In this document: positions 35,603 through 50,600 of the stretch, piece after piece
How the letters are laid out: every line of letters begins with the position of its first letter
How positions within the stretch are numbered: the stretch's first letter is position 1
Source of the DNA: Gracilinanus agilis
Lineage: Eukaryota
Assembly (NCBI RefSeq): GCF_016433145.1
Contig: NC_058131.1
Location: 231,628,115 to 231,692,114 of the forward strand
Direction: 5' to 3'
DNA length: 64,000 nucleotides
Program-made: the position numbers and the translations under genes
The notes under the pieces: generated by a model
Databases searched by the model: none
Told to the model about the DNA's origin: nothing
What the model saw: only the letters and a program-made list of their open reading frames with translations

Positions 35603-38600
35603 CTGGAAAGGAAAAAAATAGTGAAAATTATAAATTTTCTAATTACTAATAATTAGCTACATGGATAGGAACTGTTCTCATTGTACTCAATAGGAAAGAT
35701 ACTTTGTTCCAATAAAATCTGGCTAATCTCTTTATCCAACCAGGAAGCTCTGTGAGACCTTTACAAATACATGTAGTACAAAACATGTAAGGAAGGCTTT
35801 GCCAATTGATATTGCTGAGATTTTGGGAAGTCAGGTCAGCATGTGAGCATTAGAGGAGTTAAGGCAAAAAGGCGGATTTGGTTCACAACTCATGAACTCC
35901 TTCTAACCAAGTTAAACTCTCAAGGGTTTTAAAAATAAATCATCCTTCATATCCTGTTAACACTTAGGTTTCTACTATAGTGAATAATCCAGCTGTGTAT
36001 AAGCCAAAATGAGTCTCCTCTGCTCTTTCCCCCCTTCAAAGCAATTCTAGGGGGCTCTAAAATGATATCAGACTAAAAAAAGTCTTGAAGTTTAAACAGA
36101 ATTATTGAACTACCCAAGGGCAGCAAAAAGTCTTTAAGAAGCAATTTTCTGTTACTATAACCCAGTGGTTCCCAAACTTTTTTGGCCTACTGCCCCCTTT
36201 TCAGAAAAAATATTACTTAGCCCCCTGGAAATTAATTTTTTAAAAATTTTAATAGCAATTAATAGGAAAGATAAATGCACCCGCAGCCATCACCAACCCC
36301 CTGGATCACTACAGTACCTACCAGGGGGTGGTGGCGCCCACTTTGGGAATCAATGCTATAACTGATACCATCTCTGATCTCCTTGGCTACTGATGACATG
36401 CATTAGAAAGTAGGAATTTTACTCTAAAATACAGGTATCCCTTTCCACATTCCAAGTAGTTAGGGACTCAGTGCCTCCATATCTGGAAAATCCAATTAAG
36501 ATTTATTGGTCTTCCCTTTGTACCACAGAAGAAGTCTAAATTTTTTCTTTTCCTTTTACAAGGTTTTATGGTACCTTATTGTAAAATTTAGGTTAAGTAT
36601 TTGACCACAGGCTATATAGGTAGGTCAGTGTTAAAATACTTCTACATTTCTAGCCTTTCTGCGTCATTTGCTGGCTTTCACATTCTTTTGCAAACTTTAA
36701 CTTTTTACTTATTTTAACCGTATTTATTTTTTTAAACCCTTACACCTTCTGTCTTGGAATCAATACTGCGTATTGGTTCCAATGCAGAAGACTGGTAAGG
36801 GCTAGGCAATGGGGGTTAAGTAACTTGCCCAGGGTCACACAGCTGGGAAGTATCTGAGGCCAGATTTGAAGCCAGGACTTCTCATTTTCTGGCTTTTGTG
36901 TTTATCTGAGGGCTCTGCAAATCTTCTCCCAAAGTTCCCATTTAATTTCTTATGCTAATCTGTAATATAACAAAACTGTGAGGGGGAAAGTCACAACATG
37001 GAAGGGATACCTGTAATTCCAAAATACAAGTTTCCTGGGTAGACAGCTCCCAGTGGAAGCAGCTCTCTATCTCTACAAAAACATTCTAGTTTGTTGCCTT
37101 CAGTGCAATTGTTTTCTCTCACCTTTATGGTCAATATCATCTGTATCACTATCTTCTTCATCCTCTTCTTCCTCATCTGCTGTACCTCGTGTAAGAATCA
37201 GATCAGAAGGCGTCACTGCAGAAGCTGAACTGTCTACAAAGGAAACACAAATATCGTTAACTTGCTGCAAAAACAACTCCTATGTATTTCTCAGCAAGTA
37301 TAACTGCTCAGTAGCTTCTTAAAGAAAAATAATTAATTTGAGAAATTGGGAGACCTCAAAGAGTTACCTGCCCTATTAAATAAAGACTAAATGAAGGCCT
37401 TGATCATAAAGGGAGGGAAGGGACTAAAGTGCCAGCTGCTTTAGGAATAAGCAAGGCTAAAAGGAGTAAAATTAAAATTGACAGAAAAAAGACAGAATCT
37501 TATTAAAACGGAATGAAACCTTGGGCCCATTTGTTTTATCTCATCTGGTATATAACCTTCCCCTCCACCCTGAGGCCTCAACCTGAGCAGCCACCATTTT
37601 ATCCAGATGTTAGCCAAGGCCATATTTCAGGTTAGGGTTCCAGTAGTCATTTGGGATGGAAACCTAACCCTTTAGAGTTTTATATCAATTATAAAGGATC
37701 TGTGAAAAACCAACAAAGAGACAGATTCCAGCTCCTATGCACCAAACTTATAAAGACCTAAAATGGTCACTGTTGGTGTGGCAGTGAAAGATGAACATGC
37801 TAATGCATTACATGATGATCTAAACCTTCTAGAAAAGAATCTGGAATTATCTGAGAAAGTCACTTACGCTGTTAATAACTTTTGACCCAGAGATCTTACT
37901 AATGGGCCTATACTCCACCCCAAAGAGATCAAAGACAAAAAGGTCCCCAAAACACCAAAAATGTGATGTGAAATCCAAAAAAAACTAGAAACAAACTAAG
38001 TGACCACTGGCAGGGAAATCAATGAAATTTGGTATGTCAATGAAATGGAATAGTATTTCACCACAAGATATGATGAATATATGAAAGGATTAAAAAACTT
38101 ACATGAACAAAGAAACCAGAACCAGGAGGAATAAGTGACTTCAATACTAAAATGAAAACTAGGACTAAGACACCTGAACTCAGATGAAATGAAGGTGACC
38201 AATTCTCGGCCTCTAAGACAAATGATGAAGCACATTACCCTCTTCTAAATAGAAGAGGGGGCGTGAGAAGAAGGTTACATGTGCTGCCAAACATAGCTGT
38301 TCTATTCTGTCTAATTGTTTTTCTTAGTTATGTGAGAGAATTATATGGGAGAAGGGAAAGGGATCATATATAGAAATGACTATGGCATAAAAAAAAGATA
38401 CTAATAAAACCCAAATCTTATTTAAACAATAAAAATGTTCATAAAAAGGCAGCTACTGTAGTACAGTAGATAAAGAGCACAAGACTTGGATTCAAGAGGA
38501 TGTGGGTTCAAACCTGGCCTCAGATACTTCCAAGTTATATGACCCTGGGCAAGTCATTTAATCCCAATTGCCTAGCCCTTACTGCTTTTCTCCCTTTGAA

Positions 38601-41600
38601 AAGATACTTAGTATGGATTCTAAGACAAGAGGATAAGGGTTAAAAAAAAAAAAAACAATAATTTCTAACTTAAGTCCACTGAGCTACTAAAACGCATGAA
38701 TCATGAACACTAAAAGTGAAGGGCAGGGGCAGCTGGGTAGCTCAATCAGGTAGGCCTGATTGAGAGTCAGGCCTAGAGACAGGAGGTCCTAGGTTCAAAT
38801 CCGGCCTCAGACACTTCCCAGCTGCGTGACCCTGGGCAAGTCACTTGACCCCCACTGCCCACCCTTACCAGCCTTCTACCTATGAGCCAATATACAGAAG
38901 TTAAGGGTTTAAAAAAAATAAAAATAAAAAAGTGAAGGGCAATAACTTCAAGCAGATCCCAAAGTCACTGTACCAATTGTTATATTTAAAGGAGGTCACT
39001 TGTATCTATTTGAGGTAATAGAAATGATGTGCAGAGAGGACAAGATGACACTTCTCCTTTATAACAGTTGCCCAGGCAGGATCCTTCAGGTCAAAGAGGT
39101 TTATCCCTTCAGGACCCACCTGGGGTTAATTGATATATTAATTGGGCTATTCAGCTGGGATAACGTTGATATTCTGACTGCATTGTCTCCCTTCCCAAAT
39201 GAGCTTTGGAAAACAATTTAGGAAAGTACTTTATATATATTAATAAGAAGGATAAGGGTAAAGGACTAAGGTATAGGAGACCCTACTTTAATTGTTACTA
39301 ATGAAACTCTCACTGTTGGCAAATGAATAATCAATGTTAGCTTCCCTCTGGTTCAGCCTGGCCAGGACTAAACCAGAGTAGGTAAACTTCTGGGAAATCT
39401 TCAGCTTCTTCTTCTATAGATCTTAGCCTTAACAGTTGAGATATATCCACCCTTTCCACCCTCTTCTTCGTCTCCTGCCCACTTCCCGGATCCCTCCTGG
39501 GCCCTGGGAAGCCTAGATAACTAGATGATGAAACTCCCAATATCTAGGGGCAGTAGACACCAAGGTGGTGGTCAGGTACAGGTTGATAACGGTATATCAA
39601 GGACAGGAAGAGCTTGCAGAGTAGTGTTTGCAACTCTCTCACTCCAAGACCAGGATCCACACCAATCTCTAGCCTCAGCACAGGTAAAAGACCCAGAACT
39701 TCTGCTCAGGGTTCTCAACTGCCCCTCCTGACTCTCTGGGAACATTCTATCCAACTGACTTATCTGTCAATCATTGAATGAACTTCAAGCCTCCAGAGAT
39801 TCAATATAACACAATAAGTCCCTTATTTGAAGGAAGATCCCAAAATTAGCAACATGAAACAAAAACTAGCTAAAGAGGAGGCTTCATAAATCTGTCACAC
39901 ATATCAACCTATCAGAGACTCTCTTCTGCCCCACAGATCATTAGTGTATTCCTTCCTAATGGAGGAAAGTATGGTGTTCCCCAGCTCTAACAGACTCTCA
40001 GGTACCTGTGGCAGCTGCAGGATCCAAGGCCACAGGCCCCATGTCCTTTCGAAGACGGTCTAGTTGCTCTTTTTGATGCTGGCTCTGTGCATGGGCCTAT
40101 ACAAATGAAGGGGAAAAAAAACACCATGGAAAAGAAAATCCCTGCTACTAGTCTTCTGAAAAGAAGTTAATAGCAATGGAAAGATTCAGAAAGAAAGGAT
40201 TTGGATGAAAAGGAAAGAGAAAAGAAGGGACCCCAAAAACCAGGGGTTCATAAAGGGCTATAACTGGAACTAAGTAAAATAGGTACATCTCATAGGCAGG
40301 GAAATGAAATTCCTTTCAAATATAAGTGGTCAAAAGTTCAAAGACAAAGGACCAACTTGGAGATACTAGTTTTAGATCCAATCCAGAATCTTACTTTATG
40401 AACAGGCATGTGGATGGAAGCTAGTGACTGGCATCTTCGCCTGCACAAACTATGTCCTGGGCTACATGTACTAAGTAAATTTAGTTCTGAAGAGGATCTT
40501 TTAAGGTCATCAAGTGACTTTCTTGGCATTTGAGTTGGTGCTTTTCCTACTCTAAGAGATTTCTAAGACAGGAAATTCTATAGCAGAAGTCGCAATCTCA
40601 CAGTCAGGAGAGCAAACTTCAGTGTGGAGGACAGGAAGAGAGAAGGTATATTCTCAAAAAGGAAAAGCAGAACTCTACACAAAGTGCTATGTGGTAGGTG
40701 CTATTAGCCTCATTTTAGAGATAAGGAAATTAAGGCTGAAAAATGTTGTGACTCACAATCACAGGTTTATGAAGCCAGATTCAAGCACTCCATCTACTGT
40801 TCTACTCTGTCTCTTGAGATACACCTTTATCAGATTCTTTATTGTCCTTCAAGGCTCAACAGAAGGGCCATCTCCTCCACATAGCCTCTCCCTTCAATCC
40901 CCAATCTCTCCTTCCTCAAATATTCCTAGAACACTTTGATATCTCTTGTCTCTTCTTCCTGTCCTCTTTTCTCTGTTCCCTTTATAATATTTGTACATGT
41001 ATATTTACTATCCCTCCAAAAGGATGTGAGGTTCCTGAGGATAGGAGTTATTTTTTATCTCTATAATCCCAATTGTGCCTTACACTGAGTGGGTGATCAA
41101 TGTTTAGTGAACTGAATTTATTGTTTAAAATACCACAAAGAAGCCCAATTTTCAAATGTGAATTAAGAAATCAGAACTTGAGATGTTAAGATGTAGGGAA
41201 GAGAAGATTTGGTGGTGAACCCAAAGACCAGGTTCATGTGGCTTTGTGACCCCAGCAAAGCCCATGACCTCTGAGAAAGATGAGTAAGTAGACATACATT
41301 TCACCACCTCCTCAGCCCAGCTGGGAGGAAAATGCTTTGAAAACTGTAAGATGACACTTCACTATTCTTTCTGTAAGAAGAAAAGCTACAAGATGGTGAA
41401 TAAACACATTTAAATGAAAAGAACAGGCTTCCAAAAGTGTCTTGGAATGTATCCATGAAAAAAAGCCTGTGAAGAGAACAGGCAGTTCTCTTTCTTACCA
41501 GTGTTTTCTTCAGACGCTCATATTCAGGGCGATACTCCCTAGAAAGAGAAAATGCCTTTTTAAATGTCTTTCCTCAACAGTAATCTGTCCTAGGCCAAGT

Positions 41601-44600
41601 ACCTACAACTCCCATCACTAAAGGGACCATTATGACCAAATGTAGTTAAATAAAGGGATCTGCCTAAACCTCCAACAGGTCAGTAAGATACCTACTAATA
41701 AGCAAAACTACAAAGCAACTAAACTGCCAATGAAACTAGCAAGTGTAAATAATTCTTGTTGAAAAGATCTGCTTGGTTGAAGAGTTGAACATTAGGAGGA
41801 AGCTTAAGGTGAACAATAGATGTCTACTAGGTTCAGAAATCTTGACATGGAATTGTGATGGGCTTGAATACTAAGCAGGTTGAATGTAATAAAAAGTCCT
41901 TGTCTGAAGAATCAAGAATGTGTCAGAAACAGGCAAATCTAACCAAATAGGAGACCAGTGCCACCCAGTACGGGTAAGTGGACATATATAAGTGCTGGGC
42001 AAAGGGGATAGGGAGGGAAGAGAGTTTTTCTGTGGAATAAACATGTTTACAGGTTGTAGGTGTCCTACTTCTGTTAAAAAGTCAGATGTCACCCAGTCAA
42101 TGGAAGGAGACCCGATACATGTATGTAACATGAATCAAATGCAAAAATGGAAGAAAACCTGAATGTTTAGCCTAAACCTCATCCCAGAAGCATGGGTCCC
42201 AATGTCATCAACAACATCTTGACTTCTTACCTTTCATATTCTTCTGTGGCACTGGTGACTTGCACAAAGAGTTCTTCTAAGCCTGTGCCCAAGACAGCAG
42301 ATACCCCCACCACCTGCCAAAAGCATCCCAGAATCCTATGAGCAACCACTGAAAAAACTTGGCTTTAAAAACTGTAGCTCCTCATTTTTTAACATAGCCA
42401 AATGAGAATTTGTTTTGCTTAATATACATACTTGTTGCAAGGATATTGTTTTACTTTTTCCAATAGGTGAAGGGGAGAAATAGGAGGGAGAAAACAATAA
42501 AATGTTTGAAAAAAAATTTTAATTGTAAACTTTAAAATATTCTCTTTATGTTGTTTTGTTAAAATACTTTTTGTTTTTTAATGTTCAAGGGAAAGAGGAT
42601 TTAGTCCCTTTAAAAGGCCTCAAGCAGAAAGATTTTTTAAAAAATCACACACCATACCCTCCCCCAGAAGCATACAGCAGTTTGGCAAAAAGACATTTTT
42701 AGGAATACAGAAATGAGAGAATAATAAGAAAGCAAGCAAGGAGGAGTGACTGATTTGATATAACTTCTTTTCATAAACCTACTACTGTAATCCACCAACT
42801 GCACTCTTCATTCACCACAAATGTGTGCTCCTCTTGCCTATCAAGCAGATACATTCTTCTAAGGCCAGGTGGCATACAACTGCCTCAATTAGGTTTTCCT
42901 GATTTCCCCATCCCACCTCACCAGGAAGCAATGAGTCCCTCTTCTAAATCCTAAAATAGTACTCTTCTCTTCTCTCATAGCACTTTACCTGCCTAGATTT
43001 TTAAGTTCCTTGTCAGCAGGACCTATATTGTACTTAATGTCCTCACCTCTGACCCTCAGAATCTCTAATAGTTCTTAGAGTTCTCTAAGATTCAACTCAA
43101 GCACTACCTTCTGCATAAAAAATTTTCTGACTATACCAGCTATGGCTCTTTTCCCTTAAAAAAAAATCACCTTGAATTAATTTTGTAATATTTTAGACAG
43201 TTTTATGTTACCTCTCTGAGGGAACCTAAGTTTAAAAAACAACACTGTTTTTTAATTTTGAATCCCAAATTCTCTTCTTTTCCTGAGAGTAAACAATCTG
43301 ATATAGATTTTACATGTGCAATCACATAAAACATTTTTCCACATGTTTGTAGTCATGTTGGAGAAGAGAATTTGAATAAAAACAAAATAAGAACAACAGC
43401 AAAAAAAGGAAGTGAAATGTAACATGTTTTAGTCTGTATTCAGCCTCCATCAGTTCTTTCTCCAGAGAGAGACAGCATTTTTTAATCAATGAGCCCTTGA
43501 GGAGATTGTCTTTGATCCCTGTATTGCTGAGAATAACTAACTCACATCATTCATCATAAAAGATTACTATTACTGTGTACGATGTTTTCTTGGAGTATCT
43601 AAGCTTTTTAAGGGCAAGCCCTGTTTTACTTGGGTCTATCTTTGTTACACTTAATCTGTGCCTATTTATTGATTGATCAGGAATAGCTATTTGAAAGGCC
43701 AACCAAGTATTTCCCACTTTTACTCTACTACTATCAAAGGGTTACTATGATAAGATCCAGGCTAACATCCTGGGTAGAAAGTTTACAAGTCTTCCTTAAT
43801 GTAGAAAGGAAAGCCAAGTTTTAGTTAAGCAGCTGGCAAAAACAGTTGAATGTATAGATAGCGGTATGTTTATATTCCTTTAAATGTTTCCTAATTTGCA
43901 TGTTATATTCTTGTTTTTCCTACTGTAAAATGTTAAATAAATTATGCTCTTATTTTAACAGTTTTACTTAACAAAGAATCAGAGCAAAAATTTAGTTTAC
44001 CACCCAAGCTTTTTTCAAAGTTATTTTTTTATTTGACCTATTCAGCCAAAGAAAACAGCTGAAACCTCTCACACTTTTGTTCTTTTCTGAATCAGGTTTA
44101 AATCAAAGATGGCCCTTTCATAGATTATCCAGGTCATTTAAGAGATGAAAGAAAGTGAAGGTGAAAACTTACTCTGAGTGAACTGTAAAACTCATCCAAT
44201 ACCAGACTCATAGAACGAGTCAGATTACTGACGTATGTAGTTTCTTGATTTAAGGCATCTTGGAAAGTCTCAAAATCCTGCATCCATTCCACTGCAAAGC
44301 TATGATCAATGATGTCAGTCTGTATTAGGCAGAAAAAATAGACTGGGTTTCAGAATTGAGGACATAGTTCATAAGGCAGGTAAATGGAAAATGACAACAA
44401 GAACTCAGACACTTCCTAGCTGTGACCTTGAACAAGTCACTTAACCCAAATCACCTAGCTTTAAATACTCTTCTGCCTTGGAACCAATACAGAGAATTGA
44501 TTCTAAAACAGAAAGTAAGGAGTTAAAAAAAATACTGCTGCTGATGACAATGACAACAACAAAAACAATGGTTCATATGAGCACAAAAGCAAAATTAAAC

Positions 44601-47600
44601 ATTTAAAGAAATGGAAATCCTATACCTAAATATCAGATAAGCATTAAGTTGAAAAGTTTACCAAGGCATTAAAACTGTTGTCAATTCAACTTCAGTATAC
44701 ATAATTCCAAGTTCAACAGCCAGCTGCTAAAAGATTTTTGCCTGATTTCTTCCAGGAAATCAGGCAGCAGAATGTTGAGTCACCTCTGGCTCCTCCATTG
44801 CCTTTTCACAGATGTTCAGCCACAAGCTACAGTGGATTTTTTTAAAAAATGTTTTGAATTTATCCCTTTTCCCTTTTCATGGCCATTAACTCTTAAGTTC
44901 AAGCCTTTATTACCACATACCTTTACAACTAGAATATCTTATAATTAATTGCTCACCTTGCCTCTGGTTAGTTTCTCTACTACCCTAATCTATCCTAGTT
45001 GGATAGACCTAAAGTAATTTATTCTTTTAATATAGATTTCACTCATGACATTTGCCTTTTCATCACAATCATTTCTGGAAACTTGTCCCTCATACCACAG
45101 ACTAAGTTTTCCCTTGTGAAAAAAGAAAATTAAATAAAAACGCCAGGCCCCGAATCTCTGGCATGAAAAGAGATCTGTAAACATGTATCTTTACCTACAA
45201 TCAAATACTTCATCCACTTCACTAGGGCTGAGAGAGCCTTCAATATTTTAGCTGGACACAGACTCCTAGAATCCCCTCCTCTTACTACTTCTGGAAAAAG
45301 TAATCATGTCAAAACTCCAATTCCCACTGAGACTACAGGCATCTCAGTGACTCCTCTGGCCACTCCCTCATATCTTTGGTCTTCCCCTATTTAAATGAAA
45401 ACTTCCTGAGGGCAGGAACTGGCTTGCTCCTTTGTTTCCCTAGCCCCCAATTTCAGCACAGTGCTTGGCATGTAGTAGTAAATGCTTAATAAATGCTTTT
45501 AAATTCACTTATATCACCTCCCTGCTCAAAAACCTACAAAGCTTTTCATTTCATGCTTAACAACCTTTAACAGGTCCCTGCTTCCCACAGGATCAAGTAC
45601 AAGGACTTTCATAAATGGACTCAATGCCAACTCCCTCCATCATAACTCTGTGAAATTTCCAAGCGAGACATACTAGTCTACTTCCTCTCCATGCAGAAAG
45701 TTCTTTACTTTTCTGGCTCTTTACCCCACACCATTTTACCTCTGAGATGGAAGAATATACTCTCTCTTTACATCACATCCATTAAAAGATAGTATCTAAT
45801 AACAGGATCTTAAAAAAAATGTTTGCTGAACTGAAGACATCCCTAATAATCTAAGCTAAAATGATCTCTAAGTACTTCCTCTGAATACTTATTATATGCA
45901 AATATCATACCTTGCCATTAAATTTTAACCATTTTTTTTGCCCCAGTTAGAAGATACAATAGCAGGGAAAGTCATAAGTAGATGCAAAAAGCAGACAATT
46001 TACAATGTAAATGCCAAACATCCCTAGTTACTAGCACATATGTTCAAGACTAGTGAATGTTAGCATTCATTTTGACTAGCAAGTCAAGTTTTTTCAAGTT
46101 TCATTTGTTTTTTAGAAATTATGTTCGGACCCAATAAACCATGCAAATTCTTTTTTTCCTCCTCTCTAACCCACCTTATCAGATCAACAGATGATCAAAA
46201 CCAAGCATTACTGAACTACAATCTATAGTTGCTGAATCCCTATTTCCTCCATTCTCTCGGCTGCAGCAAATAGCTTCTGGGTCCACAGCAAAAAATTCCT
46301 CCTCCCAGGTTACAAAATGATTTTGCCCTCTCCAGTCAAGTGATCTCTTGTGTCTCCTTACCAATCCCATCTCCTACCACAGATATTTTACCACAAACAT
46401 TAGTACCTCCTCCTTAACTTGTGTATGTTCTGTTCTGTCCAGAAGAGCTTCTTCAGTCATCCTGAGGTAGACTTCTTAGACAGACTGATCCTTTTCCTAA
46501 AGAGATCTCATAGCCTAGCCTCCTTTTTTGGCAATGCAGATTACTGAATCTACCTGTTCTCTATAACCTAACGTAATCCTTCTTACCCACCAAGTCTCCC
46601 TCAATAAGAAAGTATTAAAAAGGAGGCCAAACTTAAGGCAGCTTAGACACTGAATATCATCACTCATTTTTACAGCTTGACAGCATTTATGAAACAATCC
46701 AGTCCTCTACCAGATAAGGAAACTGAAACCAAAGAGGTAAAATGCTAACATTCACACAGACAACAGAAAGGTTAGACCTAGACCCCACATTTACTACCTC
46801 TCAGTTCTGTACCCAGGCCCCAAAATGTTGAGGGATACCTACCTTATTCATGACCACAATGAAAGGCAATTTAGTTTTATACAGGATACTGAAAAAAAGA
46901 ATCAAACACCAATAAGTAATAAGTAGCATCCAGGTAAAGTATATGTTCAGCATCCAAGGACTATTAGTTCAGAATGATAAACATTTCTTCCCTCTAGGAG
47001 GAAAATGTAACTCCCTTCCCCACTAAAAAAAATACTAATTAGGGGGCAGCTGGGTAGCTCAGTGGATTGAGAGCCGGGCCTAGAGACGGGAGGTCCTAGG
47101 TTCAGATCCGGCCTCAGACACTTCCCGGCTGTGTGACCCTGGGCAAGTCACTTGACCCCCATTGCCTACCCTTACCACTCTTCCACCTATAAGTCAATGC
47201 ACAAAAGTTAAGGGTTTAAAAAATTAAAAAAAAAAAAAAAAAAAATACTAATTAAAGGCTCTATCTTCTTTAATATGGTGATGACGGATTTTGATATTGT
47301 TAATTTGCAAATGAATACAAAGTTATTAATTAATGCTCATGTCTAGAGGTTATTTCACACCCCTAGAATTAGAAGTGAAAACACCACTGCTAGAATGACC
47401 AATGTCAGCTGTAAAGGGAGGATGTTTTCATATATTTCCTTCCCCTTGACCAAAGTTGTATACTATGGGTTCATAATGTTACATTTAAACAATCAATAAG
47501 CACTTAACAAAAAGCCTTCTAGATCCCAATGCAGCTGCTGGGTTTGCTAGTTTTGGTTTTTTTTTTTTGATGAACTGTTTTTCTTGTAACAGGCAGGTGA

Positions 47601-50600
47601 GGATTAAAAGAGAAGCATCAGGGTGGCAGGGGGAGGCCAAGCTCACTGTGGAGGAAGGGGCTATGGAATAAAGAGAGAATATACCTATCATTTTTAAAAA
47701 TTCTACTCCTCCTAGTAACCAAGTTTCTATGGCAACCAAGTTTGACTTGCTATATTAAAACGAAAGGCAAAAAATGAAGTTCTCAAGAGCTAAGTCCCCA
47801 AACAACATTAATGTAATGCTGGTGGAATTGTGAACTGATCCAACCATTCTGGAAGGTAATTTGGAATTATGCTCAAAGGACAATAAAATAAAGCAGCACC
47901 CTTTGATCCAATAATACTACTATAAAGTCTGTATCCCAAAGAGAAAATAAAAAATGGGAAAGGACCTTTGTACAAAAATATTTATAGTTGCTTTTTTTGT
48001 GGTGGTAAAGAATTGGAAACTGAGGGGATGTCCATCAATAGGAGAATGGCTGAACAAATTGTGGTATATGATAGTGATAGAATACTATTGTACTGTAAGG
48101 AATGATGAACAGAATGATTTCAGAAAGAGCTGGAAAAATATAGATGAACTGATATAGAGTGAAATAAGCAAAACCAAGAAAACATTAGACACAGTAACAG
48201 CAATATTGTGAAATGATCAAATGTGATAAAACTTAGCTACTAACAGCAATACAATGATCCAAGACAATTCTGAGGGACTTATGACAAAGAATGCTCTCCA
48301 CCTCCAGAGAAAAAACTGTTTGAGTAGAAATGCAGATGAAAACATTTATTACTTATTTATTTGGGTATATGTTTGGGGGTTTTGGTTTTATAAAATTATT
48401 CACTTGTAAAAATGAATAATATGGAAATATATTTTGCATGATAATACATGTATAACCCAGAGTGAATTGCTTGCCAGCTTTGGGAGGGGGCAGGGAAAAA
48501 GGAAGGAGACAATCTGGATCATATAACTTTGGAAAAGATAGGTGGAAATTTGTTATTAAAAAATAAAGAAATAAAATTTAAAAATAAAGATAATTGTGGG
48601 AGTAGAAATCCAGAAGAAAACATAGGATTTATCATATATGGGTTTAGGATTTGAGTTTTTGGTTTTAAAAGATTACTCTATTACAAAAATGAATGCTATG
48701 GAAATAGGTTTTGAGTGATAACACATGTATAACCCAATGGAATTGCTTGTCAACTCCGGGAGGAGGTAGAGAGAAGAGAAGAGGGAGAGAACAAGAATCA
48801 TGTAACTATGGGGAAAATTTTTTTAAAATAAAATAAAAATTATATTAAAAAAACAAAATCTAGATGACCCCAAACACAAATTCTCTTGATAATGTCCATG
48901 CTGGGCCTCTTGCCTCAAAGATCTTAATGTACTTGTCAAAACCCATCAAGTTCTCTTTCCTTCTCTACTACCTATACTTGAATTTAGTCAAAGCAGTGGC
49001 TAGGCCCTGTTGCCTCTGATCATTATTAACTTTGCAAACTCATTTATTACTGTGATAGCAAAACAGTCTCAGACACAAAGTGAATATCTATTCAGCAGAA
49101 TGAAACTGAACAAAGGTCCTTCTTCATGATACTCCTATGATGTGAAGGATGGGACCTCTTTCATAAGTACCAAGTTGAGGAGTTCAACTGAGGGAATTCC
49201 TAGGGACAAGAAGCTTCGACAAAGAATCTTCTTAAAACAATAAGAGAGCATATGCAGAGGTGGCCCTGGCCCTTCCAGATGCCTTACCTGCATGCATACA
49301 GCATGTTGGACATGAAGGTAACAGGATTGGTGCTTCTAGATGTATCCATCACATAAATGACAATTGTTGGAAAGGAGGATGCCTGAAGAAAAAGGTGAGC
49401 CAAAGCCTTGTCAGAGGGATAACTACTGCTTGACCCTAAATCACTCTGCTACCTTTCCAAGCAAAAGATGCCCCATCCTTGGGACTGCCATTGTTCCATT
49501 TCTTAAGAGACAGGTTATGAATCTGAAACTCAGCTCAGCTGCAGGGTTTTCCAGTAAGCCCTTCTGATCTCTTCACTTCTCCCTAGGAGTTCAGGGCTGG
49601 TTCCCTTCTCAGTCTCTTGATTAACTTGTCTAGGCAAATGCTTTATTCCAACCTTCCCCTCAACAGATGCAAAGCTTTCATTTGAGAGCAGGGACTCTAG
49701 GTTTTTGTGTTTACCTTGTCTAGCACAGGGTCTGACATATAGGTGGAGCATAGTTTTTGTTAAAATGAAACGAAAATGGGGGTTTTATCACTCTAAATCA
49801 CTCCCCAACAGTGATCTCTCAATCACAGGGTACAAATAAAACTTACCAAGGCTTCGGTAATAATTGTACCAGAAGCTGACCAAGTGAAGACCTCAATCTG
49901 TCCAGGTGTATCTATCAAGACATACCTGTTTTAAGAATAAATATTACTATGTATTAAATATTCTGCATGAAGGATTTCATCAGCCACTGTACAGAAAACT
50001 ATTCCATCACACAATTCTGTCCACTCCTAAAATCTGAAACCTTTCAATTTAATATAGCATCAAAGATTTGGGTATATTTTTGTCTTCCTATTGGATTATG
50101 GCTGATTATGTCCAATTAACATTCAATAAGGACACAAAAACATACTCCCAAAGTCATCTTTGTATCTATAATTGGACAAAGATAAATAATGTGTCATCAT
50201 CTAAATATAATAATACATTATTTCACAAGCCAAGGGCAATAATATAAAAAAAACCATTGTCCTTGGAAATGGATATTTGAGACAGTAGATTAAACTGAAG
50301 ATCATAAAGGAGATAGTTCAAGGAGAAAAGTTGACTTTTCAAAGGACAAACAATGAAAGTTGCCAGGGATTCTGAAATGCTCTATGGCAGGATCTATCCA
50401 GAGCTAACATCCTAGAACTGCTTAAGCACCGTATGGTTAGAAAAGCAGGACTAATTTTTTAGAAATATAACTTTAGCCAGGTGATGACTTTGTAGTTCCT
50501 ATGAAGTGCCTTTAATTTTCTTTAGTAAATGTCTCTAAATCTGAAATCAGGATAGAATGACAAAGCTAACAGCAAATGTTTCTCTCCACTTTCCTGACTT

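Noticed and set aside
43755-43800. Short match (GGCTAA...TGGGTAGAAAGT) to my recollection of SNORA36
   Set aside because: Only about 12 nt match, antisense to GPN1, with no two-hairpin H/ACA structure.
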